64,000 nt of DNA, taken from positions 32,001-96,000 of the forward strand of contig CAWBZV010000002.1 of the NCBI GenBank assembly GCA_963793305.1, given 5' to 3'. The stretch's first letter is position 1. Every line of letters starts with the position of its first letter. The notes under the pieces were generated by a model. The model did no database searches, had not been told where the DNA came from, and saw only the letters and a program-made list of their open reading frames with translations. Positions 9,523 through 17,120 of this stretch are shown piece by piece. The DNA comes from an uncultured Gemmatimonadales bacterium. GTDB taxonomy: Bacteria; Gemmatimonadota; Gemmatimonadetes; Gemmatimonadales; Gemmatimonadaceae. Both the position numbers and the translations under genes were made by a program.

Positions 9523-12338
9523 GGCGTGAACACGAGCGTACCAAAATGCTCGGGCACGTGATTCGGGTCGCGATAGACCGTGCACGTCGGATTCCAGCAG
9601 AGGAAATGGCGCTGCGGGTCCGCGCCCTGGCCATCGATCCGATAGAGATTCATCCGCCACCGCGTGCCGGCGGCCACCGGCTGATCGCTGATCGCGCGAA
9701 GCGGGATGCGGGCCGCGGCATACCACACTCTCGCTCGACGGTCGATCCTCGCTTTCGTCTGCCAGCCCGACCGCCAGCGGTAGTCCTCCGCCGGGTGATC
9801 GAGATCGATCGCCAGGTCGATCCAGTCGCCCGTCGGCGCGATCTCGAATTCACGATAGTGGCGGATGTTCTTCCAGTCGTCGCCGAGGAAGATCTCGACC
9901 ACATCGCGATCCCACAAATGGGGGCGAGGGCGGTCGTTCGTTGTCGGCAACCAGAGGTTGAGGGACTCGTACGGGGCCTTGAAGAGCAAATACAACGAGC
10001 TATCGGTCCAGAATCCGCGAATCTCTGTGGCAATCTGCGGGTATCGGATGACTCGTGCGCAGTCGCGGTCCATGCGCGTCGTCGCGACGGTGGACCAATC
10101 TTTGGGATCGTCGGACAATGCCGGCGCCGAGGCCACGTGGGGGATAGAAAGCGTTTCGGTCGAGTCGGTCGCGGCGCACGCCCCGGAGGCGATAGTCCGG
10201 TACGGCACGAAACCATGCGTCCCCGTGCGCAACCGATAGACCGATGTCGTGGCGGTGATGTAGAGCGTCCCGTAATCCGGGTCACCCCACGTGAGATTCG
10301 CGGGCTGCTCCGGCATGACGATCGTGCCCAAGTGATGGCCTTGGCTGTCCCAGACCCAGATGCCATGGGGCCCGGTGACGAACATGTTGCCGTTCGCATC
10401 GAGGCGCATGCCGTCCGGTACGCCGTCACTCGGCTCTCCGGGCTCCTTGCCGAACACCCGCCCATTGGCCAGCGTCGCATTCGGCATGAAGTCGTACTCA
10501 CGAATGTTCCGTTGGCCGGTATCGCTGTCGTCCACGTAGAACGTTCTGCCGTCCGGTGAGAACGCGAGTCCGTTCGGCTGCGTCAGGTCCTTGGTCAGCA
10601 GCGTCACGTTGCCGAGCGTGTCGAGCCGATAGACACCTTGGAAAGGAATCTCCTGAGCCTGACCCTTCGGTAGGTCGAGCGTGGGATCGGTGAAGTAGAG
10701 CGCACCGTCCGGCCCGACCACCATGTCGTTCGGGCTGTTGAAGCGCTTCCCATCGTAGTGGTCGGCAAGAATGGTGTACCGACCGTCCGGCGTGACGGCG
10801 ATGATCGCGCGCAGGACGCTCGCGCCGTCGATGAGCCGATGCGCGCCATCGTACGTGTTGCCATCGGGATCGCCCAAGTGGATGATCCCTTTTTTCTTGC
10901 CGTCCATCGTCACGCGATAGATCGAGTCCTGGATCTCGTCGCTCACGTAGAGGACGTTCGACGTGTCCCAGACCGGACCCTCGGTGAACCCGAATCCCGT
11001 GGCCACGGTCGAGAGCTTGGCGTCGTGCGGAACGAGTTGCCAGAAGCGGGGATCGTTGGCCTCGAGCGCGAAATGCGGCTTTGCCCCGCACCCGGTCGCG
11101 GCCGCCGCGAGGCCGATCGCCGACGCGATGCGAATCGTGCGGTCCGGCCGAATGAACAGCCAGGCCAGCGCGCCGATGACGCAGAGGGCGCCGGCGACGC
11201 CGAACGACGCTGACCAGCCGAAGCGATCGGCGATCCACGGGGTGAGCGATGCGGTTACGACGCCGCCCAGCTGTGCACCCATGTTCATGACGCCGGAGAC
11301 CGCCCCGGCCGACGGTCCCGCGATGTCGGCGCTCACCGACCAGAACGCACTCTGAGCGAGATAGAGGGCGCCAACGCCGCTGGCGAGGACGAGACTGGCG
11401 AGGCCGGCGTTCGTGAGGTGCGTCCCGGCGCCGATGCACACCGCCGCGATCGCAATGCCCCCGGCGGCGACGCCGCACCGCCCGATCTTTCGGCCATAGG
11501 ACCGCACCAGCGCATCGCTCACGAAACCCCCCGCGAACGATCCCGCCGCCATGGCCAGACCCGGGAGCGCCGCGAACACGGCGCTCGATTTGAAGTCGAT
11601 CCCGCGGACCGTATAGAGGTAGTGAAAGAACCAGGTGAAGAAGATGTACGCCGCGTAGCCATAGCAGAAATAGCTCAGGGTGAGAAGGGCGACATTGCGA
11701 TCCGTGGCGATCGACAACCAGGGGATGTGCGGCTCGGCCCGCGTCGGTGCGGGAACGTCCGATGGCGTGTCGCGCGCCAGCAGGAACCAGATGGCGCCCG
11801 CCACGAGACCCAACACTGCACACACGTAGAACGGGGCGCGCCATCCGTGTCGCACGACAATGGCCCTGACGAGGAGCGGCGCCGCCGCCGTCCCGAGGCC
11901 GACGCCCATGAAGATGATGCCGTTCGCCAGCCCGCGTTCTGCCGGCGGGATCCAGGCGGCGACAATGCGGTTCGCCGCGGGGTACATGACCGCTTCGCCA
12001 GTACCGAGCAGGAACCGGATCGAGAGCAGCGCGGGGAACGCGAAGGCCCCAACGGGAACGGATGCCGTCAGGGCAGTGAACACCGCCCACCACATGACGG
12101 CCAGCGTCAGCGTGCGCCGGGCGCCCCAGCGGTCCGCGAGACGACCGACCGGCGCTTGCAGCAGCATGTAGCCCAGGACGAACGCGCCGTACACCAATCC
12201 CAGCGCCTGGTTGTCGAGACCGTACACGCGCTCCAGCCACGTGCCGGCAATCGAGATGTTCACCCGATCGAGGTACGCGACGGTGCTCAGCACGAATAGC
12301 CATCCCACCATGACCCATCGCGCGGAAGTCGGTCGCAT
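9519..12338 (-). CDS. Fusion of an MFS sugar-acid transporter, an SMP-30/gluconolactonase and a CBM9-like domain
   Basis: MFS part: YLDRVNIS, GRLADRWGAR, ERGLANG, VSGVMNMG. Lactonase part: FTEGPVW, FNSPND, PNGLAFSPD, PDGMRLD. C-terminal part: DVVEIFL..YREFEIAP, WRMNLYRID. Confidence 0.8.
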   Translation of the reverse strand: MRPTSARWVMVGWLFVLSTVAYLDRVNISIAGTWLERVYGLDNQALGLVYGAFVLGYMLLQAPVGRLADRWGARRTLTLAVMWWAVFTALTASVPVGAFAFPALLSIRFLLGTGEAVMYPAANRIVAAWIPPAERGLANGIIFMGVGLGTAAAPLLVRAIVVRHGWRAPFYVCAVLGLVAGAIWFLLARDTPSDVPAPTRAEPHIPWLSIATDRNVALLTLSYFCYGYAAYIFFTWFFHYLYTVRGIDFKSSAVFAALPGLAMAAGSFAGGFVSDALVRSYGRKIGRCGVAAGGIAIAAVCIGAGTHLTNAGLASLVLASGVGALYLAQSAFWSVSADIAGPSAGAVSGVMNMGAQLGGVVTASLTPWIADRFGWSASFGVAGALCVIGALAWLFIRPDRTIRIASAIGLAAAATGCGAKPHFALEANDPRFWQLVPHDAKLSTVATGFGFTEGPVWDTSNVLYVSDEIQDSIYRVTMDGKKKGIIHLGDPDGNTYDGAHRLIDGASVLRAIIAVTPDGRYTILADHYDGKRFNSPNDMVVGPDGALYFTDPTLDLPKGQAQEIPFQGVYRLDTLGNVTLLTKDLTQPNGLAFSPDGRTFYVDDSDTGQRNIREYDFMPNATLANGRVFGKEPGEPSDGVPDGMRLDANGNMFVTGPHGIWVWDSQGHHLGTIVMPEQPANLTWGDPDYGTLYITATTSVYRLRTGTHGFVPYRTIASGACAATDSTETLSIPHVASAPALSDDPKDWSTVATTRMDRDCARVIRYPQIATEIRGFWTDSSLYLLFKAPYESLNLWLPTTNDRPRPHLWDRDVVEIFLGDDWKNIRHYREFEIAPTGDWIDLAIDLDHPAEDYRWRSGWQTKARIDRRARVWYAAARIPLRAISDQPVAAGTRWRMNLYRIDGQGADPQRHFLCWNPTCTVYRDPNHVPEHFGTLVFTP

Positions 12339-12389
12339 GATGTGTTACTATGAACCGTTCACGGGGCTCACCGCTAGACGGAGGGACAA

Positions 12390-13631
12390 ATGACCACCCG
12401 ACGCGGCTTCATCGAGAACGGCGTCGCGCTCGCCGCCGCGCTCGGCCTCAAGCTTCCCGGCGAGAAATCGCCGGCCGCGATCGACTACTACGACAAACTC
12501 GGTGTCCCGAAGATCATTAACGCGGCGGGCACTTACACGTACCTGACCGCATCGCTCATGCCGCCCGAGGTGCAGGCGGCGATCACGGTCGCGTCGAGCC
12601 ACAACGTACGTTTGCGCGAGCTCCAGAGCGCGGCCGGTGCGTACCTCGCGCAGCGACTCAAGTGCGAGGCGGCGCTCGTGTCATCGGGCGCGGCCGCCGC
12701 GCTGTCACTGGGCGTCGCCGGGTGCATGACGCGCAATGCGCCGGATGGTGCGCGAGATGTCCCCGCGAGAGTGGCGAGCCTGCCCCACGAGATCATTATC
12801 CAATCGGCGCACCGGTTCGTCCACGAGCACGCGCTCGAGATGGACGGGGCGACTCTGGTCGAGGTGACGACGCTCGACGACTACGAGCGAGCGTTCTCCG
12901 ATCGGACCGCACTCGCGTTCTACTTCAACGCGGCCGAGGGCGGGCAGATCTCGCGCGAGGATTGGGTGCGCGTGGCGCGAGCACACGGCGTGCCGACGTT
13001 CAACGATGCGGCCGCCGACGTGCCGCCGATCGCGAACCTGTGGAACCTGACGGGCATGGGGTTCGACCTCGTCGCGTTCTCGGGAGGCAAAGGCATGCGC
13101 GGGCCGCAAAACGCGGGACTGCTCCTCGGACGCAAGGATCTCATCGCTGCCGCCACCCTGAACAACAATCCCAACGATCGATCCGTCGGGCGCGGGATGA
13201 AGGTTGCGAAAGAGCAGATCATTGGCATGGTCGCGGCGGTCGACTGGCTCCTCGCGCAAACCGACGAAGGGATCGAGGGCGAGGCACGCAGCCGGTGCGA
13301 GCGGATTGCGGCCGCGCTCAAGGGCGTGCCCACGCTCACTACTGAGATCATCGTCCCGCCGGTGGCGAATCACGTCCCGCATCTTATGATCCGGTACGAT
13401 CAGACACGGGTGGGGATCACGCCGCTGGCGGTCGCCGACGCGCTCGCCAAGGGCACGCCAGCGATCGAGCTCAATCCTGGGACCGGCCACGCGTCCGGGG
13501 CCGCCGGTCTCCACTCCGACGAGCACACGATCGTCGTCGGCCCATGGATGATGCGGGCTGGCGACGACGTGATCGTCGGCCGCAAACTCCGGGAAGTCCT
13601 CGACAACGCACTCCATACGGAGCACACGTGA
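12390..13631 (+). CDS. SelA/DgaE-like PLP-dependent enzyme with a Tat-like signal
   Basis: TTRRGFI at the N-terminus. Motifs INAAGTYT, DAAA, FSGGK..GPQ..G and GRGMKVAKE. Confidence 0.82.
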   Translation: MTTRRGFIENGVALAAALGLKLPGEKSPAAIDYYDKLGVPKIINAAGTYTYLTASLMPPEVQAAITVASSHNVRLRELQSAAGAYLAQRLKCEAALVSSGAAAALSLGVAGCMTRNAPDGARDVPARVASLPHEIIIQSAHRFVHEHALEMDGATLVEVTTLDDYERAFSDRTALAFYFNAAEGGQISREDWVRVARAHGVPTFNDAAADVPPIANLWNLTGMGFDLVAFSGGKGMRGPQNAGLLLGRKDLIAAATLNNNPNDRSVGRGMKVAKEQIIGMVAAVDWLLAQTDEGIEGEARSRCERIAAALKGVPTLTTEIIVPPVANHVPHLMIRYDQTRVGITPLAVADALAKGTPAIELNPGTGHASGAAGLHSDEHTIVVGPWMMRAGDDVIVGRKLREVLDNALHTEHT

Positions 13632-13633
13632 TT

Positions 13634-14428
13634 ATGGAACGCAGAGAATTCGTCGCCCAAACCGCACTCGGCTCGTTAGGCATCGCCGCCACGAAACTCG
13701 AACCGGCGGCGACGATGCTCGGTAGCCACGGCTCCGCGGCGACGCGGAAAATTCTGATCGCCGGCGGCATATACAACGACGTGTGGATCAAGTACATGGC
13801 GACGCTCACCGGCAAGCCGCGTCCCCGGATCTGCTACCTGCCGACTGCTTCGGCGGACCACCCGGAGGGGATCATCCGCTTCTATGCGGATTGCTCGCAG
13901 CTCAACGTCGTGCCCTTCGTGCAGACGAGCTTCATTAGCAGCTACGACCAGAAGCAGACGTTCGCCGAAGTCTTGCTATCGATGGACGCCATTGTCTGCT
14001 CTGGCGGCAACACGCTCAACCAGCAGGTGATCTGGAAGGCGCAAGGCATCGACCAGGTGCTGCGTGATGCCTGGGACCGCGGCATTGTGCTCGGCGGCGC
14101 GAGCGCGGGGTCCCTCTGCTGGTTCGAGGAAGGCACGACGGACTCGCGCCCCAAGGAGTTGTCGATCGTGCTCGCCCTCGGCTTGCTCAAGGGGAGTCAC
14201 TGTCCGCACTACGACGCCGAAGGCCCGCGCCGGCCGCTGTACATGAAGCTCATCGGCTCCGGCCAGATGAAGCCCGGGTACGCGTGCTACAACCAGGCCG
14301 GGATCTACTTCGAGGACAACGAGGTCAAACGCGTCGTCGCTTCCCACGCTGACGCGAAGGTGTTCTACGTCAGCGTGGTCAACGGACAAGTCGCGGAGAA
14401 GGAGCTACCGGCCGAGTTAATCAGTTGA
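13634..14428 (+). CDS. Peptidase E (S51) family, Tat-like signal
   Basis: ERREFV at the N-terminus. Motifs YLPTAS, GGNT, GASAG and CPHYD. Confidence 0.85.
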   Translation: MERREFVAQTALGSLGIAATKLEPAATMLGSHGSAATRKILIAGGIYNDVWIKYMATLTGKPRPRICYLPTASADHPEGIIRFYADCSQLNVVPFVQTSFISSYDQKQTFAEVLLSMDAIVCSGGNTLNQQVIWKAQGIDQVLRDAWDRGIVLGGASAGSLCWFEEGTTDSRPKELSIVLALGLLKGSHCPHYDAEGPRRPLYMKLIGSGQMKPGYACYNQAGIYFEDNEVKRVVASHADAKVFYVSVVNGQVAEKELPAELIS

Positions 14429-15422
14429 TTGGAACGTTGTTGAACTGAGCGACCGGCACGCCGTTCTCGTGGATCTGCAACCGCACCAGCTGCGTGGCAT
14501 GGTTGTCCTGGTCCATGAACTGCCACTGGCCGGCCATCGCGATGTTCGGCACGAGTTGGCACGCACCCCAGCCGACGCAGTTGGCGAGGCTCCGCATATC
14601 GGCATTGACCCGGTTGCCGGACTGGTCGATGTAGTAGGCGCCGCCCGCGCCGTTCAACATGATGTCACCGCCGCGCTGGTTGGTCACCGTGATGTTGCAG
14701 ATGATGTGCGGTGCCTGGCGCTGGCAGCCGGTCAGCTGATACTGGATTTGATAGTACACGACCGTGTTTGATGTCGTTGCCGCCGGTGCGCCAGCCGCCG
14801 CCGGCTGCGCCACTGGCTGCCCAGGTTGCGCGACGCCAGGCGCGGTGCCGGCTGCCGGCTGTCCTTGCGCGTTCTGCGTCGGCACCGCGGAGGTCAGCGT
14901 GAAGATGACCGCCGAGTTCGAAGGGACGTAGATGCGCGTGCCCGACACCGCCGTCGCCGGGCGCGGCGGAGCCTTGGGCTGATTCTTTTGCTTGTTGAAC
15001 AGGTTGCCCACGGCGTTCCCCAGCGCGTCACCCGCGCCGTTCGCCGCGGTGCCGACTTTGTTCAACACGGGCATGCCGCCCGAGACGGGGGTCGCCTGGC
15101 CGTTGACGGTGAGTGACACGAGCGCCAACGAGTACGTGGCGGGATAGCCCGTGTTGGCGACGACTTTCACCACTGCCGGCGAACCGCCGGGGATATTCGT
15201 GCTCGAGCCGACCAACGCTTGCGAGACCTGCGCGTTGTACGTTGCGCCGAGGTTCAGCGTGGTCACCGAGTCGAGCATCTGAATGGTGACCTTGGTGCCG
15301 TTGGTGAGACCGGTGGCGCCGAGCAGCGAGCCGCCGATCGAGCCGTTGGATTGCTGGGCGGTCTGGGCGACGGCGGTGGCGGAGAGCAAGAGGGAAGCAA
15401 CAGCGAACGACGTGCGACGCAT
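14421..15422 (-). CDS. Secreted hypothetical protein, two domains joined by a Pro/Ala/Gln linker
   Basis: Signal peptide ending AVA, beta-rich domains and a low-complexity linker. Confidence 0.7.
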   Translation of the reverse strand: MRRTSFAVASLLLSATAVAQTAQQSNGSIGGSLLGATGLTNGTKVTIQMLDSVTTLNLGATYNAQVSQALVGSSTNIPGGSPAVVKVVANTGYPATYSLALVSLTVNGQATPVSGGMPVLNKVGTAANGAGDALGNAVGNLFNKQKNQPKAPPRPATAVSGTRIYVPSNSAVIFTLTSAVPTQNAQGQPAAGTAPGVAQPGQPVAQPAAAGAPAATTSNTVVYYQIQYQLTGCQRQAPHIICNITVTNQRGGDIMLNGAGGAYYIDQSGNRVNADMRSLANCVGWGACQLVPNIAMAGQWQFMDQDNHATQLVRLQIHENGVPVAQFNNVPIN

Positions 15423-15565
15423 GGCAAAGTACTCCCTGAGTACAGGACGAGAGCGGAGACGCTCACACGAATCTTTGTTTGGGGAGAATACTGGTCAACG
15501 GTGCTCACCAGCTCGCGATTCGGAGCGCGCGCGACCTGTCGCAGCTCTGTAACAGGCGTCAGTCG

Positions 15566-15766
15566 TTATGACTTGTTCTTCGCCTTGGGTCGGAGGCTCA
15601 GCGCGTATCGGTAGCTGCGTTCGAAGTACGGCGTGAGCGATTTCGTTTTCGCGAGAAGCGTGTCCGGAACGGCAACATATTCCGGATTGGGCGGCCACTT
15701 GGGATCCAGGCCGGCTGCGGCCACCAGGCGCTCGTAGAGCCGCAGCTTGTCCGGCGGGACCGTCAC
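15566..15766 (-). CDS. Small hypothetical protein, possibly an internally shortened remnant
   Basis: From GTG 15766: VTVPPDKLRLYERLVA...EYVAVPDTLLAKTKSLTPYFERSYRYALSLRPK. Confidence 0.45.
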   Translation of the reverse strand: MTVPPDKLRLYERLVAAAGLDPKWPPNPEYVAVPDTLLAKTKSLTPYFERSYRYALSLRPKAKNKS

Positions 15767-15884
15767 GCGACCGGGGCCACGGGCTCGAGAACAGTACCGA
15801 GAGGAGCTCGACGTTGGTGAACGCCGCAAATACGCGCTCTGGTGGCGCTGGATAGTCGCGATGGAGTGAAACGCACTCAGACAT
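15763..15884 (-). pseudogene. Truncated SRPBCC/AHSA1-family gene
   Basis: Begins MSECVSLHRDYPAPPERVFAAFT, a typical AHSA1 N-terminus coupled to the ArsR gene. Family-like sequence stops after about 30 codons. Confidence 0.6.
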
Positions 15885-16200
15885 CGTTGCCTCCCCCTCC
15901 TCCTAGCAGAGTACCCAAGCGATCCAGATTGCCTTCCCAACCCCGTCGAACGATCGACACCCATTCGGCCATCTCATCGAGCGAGCTGCGCACGAGCGCC
16001 ACCTCGTGTACCCGGCCCTTGAGCGTCCGCCGGACCAAACCGGCATCCTCGAGGATCCCGACATGCCGATTGAGCGCCTGGCGGGTGAAGCCGAAATGCC
16101 GGCCGATCTCCGGCGTCGTCATCGATCCCCGGGCCAAGCGCGCGACCATCTCGCGACGCGGCTCGTTGGCCAACGCGTCGAACACGGCTCCCAATTGCAT
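15877..16200 (-). CDS. ArsR/SmtB-family regulator
   Basis: VFDALANEPRR and TRQALNRHVGILEDAGLV..GR motifs. Confidence 0.88.
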   Translation of the reverse strand: MQLGAVFDALANEPRREMVARLARGSMTTPEIGRHFGFTRQALNRHVGILEDAGLVRRTLKGRVHEVALVRSSLDEMAEWVSIVRRGWEGNLDRLGTLLGGGGGNDV

Positions 16201-16211
16201 GTGGGGCGAAT

Positions 16212-17120
16212 CTACGTAGTTCTTATCGAAACGTCAACCAATTTGTTGACGATTCTGCTCGCCAGCGCGAAATACTCGGCGTCGCGCTCCACGCCCACGC
16301 ATTGTGCTCCGACCGCTTCGGCCGCGGCGAGCGTTGATCCCGATCCCATGAAGGGATCGGCGATGACCCCGCGGCCAAGGGGCAGGACCGCATACGCGAG
16401 TTGTCGCAGGAGCGACTGCGGCTTGAGGCTCGGGTGATCGGCGATGGCGCGCTCGCGCTTTGGCGTGCGCTCGCTCAGGATCACGTCGAGGAACGGTCGG
16501 CCATCGCTGAGCCGCCGGAGACCCCCGGTCTCGTACGCCCGCAGGCAGTCCGACACTTTCATCCCCGGCGGAAGCGGCGAGCGAAAAATTCCCCAGGGCT
16601 CGTACGATCCACGGGGCATTGAGCACACATTGGGGAATTCCTCGTGCGCGTTCTTCGGCCGATCCCCACCGCGGAGCGTGCGAACCACGCGGATGAGCTC
16701 GCCGCGGAATTCCAGGCCGCCGCCGACGATCGCCGACCAGACGAGTTGCGATAGGAACGCGTTGCCCGCGACGAACACATGACCACCCGGGCGGAGCGCG
16801 CGAACCGCCAGTCGCGACCAGCGAAGAAAGAACTCACGCAGCAGCGAGCGTTCTTTCGCGTTGAGCGCCGTGAAGCGGGGCAGGGGTGATCGCTCGTGGC
16901 CATCGAAGCTCGGCGGAATGCGCCAGATGCCGCCCTTGTTCCCGTTGCGCAGCCGCTCCAACTGATCGCGGTCGAACTCCTTCACGCCGTACGGTGGATC
17001 CGTGATGATCGCGTGCAGACTGTGGGGCGGAATGCGGTGCAACCACTCGAACCCGTCGGCGCGCACGCCGAGCGAGCGGCCGACGGTGAACGTCTCGTAG
17101 TCGAGCGCGAGATCCAGCTG
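16212..17120 (-). CDS. Amino (N4-C/N6-A) DNA methyltransferase, beta motif order, start codon unclear
   Basis: ITDPPYG precedes HPSLKP and DPFMGSGST. The frame is open up to 17120 and the first GTG is at 17066. Confidence 0.88.
   Translation of the reverse strand, partial: QLDLALDYETFTVGRSLGVRADGFEWLHRIPPHSLHAIITDPPYGVKEFDRDQLERLRNGNKGGIWRIPPSFDGHERSPLPRFTALNAKERSLLREFFLRWSRLAVRALRPGGHVFVAGNAFLSQLVWSAIVGGGLEFRGELIRVVRTLRGGDRPKNAHEEFPNVCSMPRGSYEPWGIFRSPLPPGMKVSDCLRAYETGGLRRLSDGRPFLDVILSERTPKRERAIADHPSLKPQSLLRQLAYAVLPLGRGVIADPFMGSGSTLAAAEAVGAQCVGVERDAEYFALASRIVNKLVDVSIRTT

Noticed and set aside
12390..13631. Selenocysteine synthase SelA
   Set aside because: No selB, selC or selD in the window. 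The Tat-like signal and context fit the SelA-like/DgaE group.
16212..17120. Complete restriction-modification or defence island
   Set aside because: No nuclease, integrase or other defence gene is recognisable nearby.
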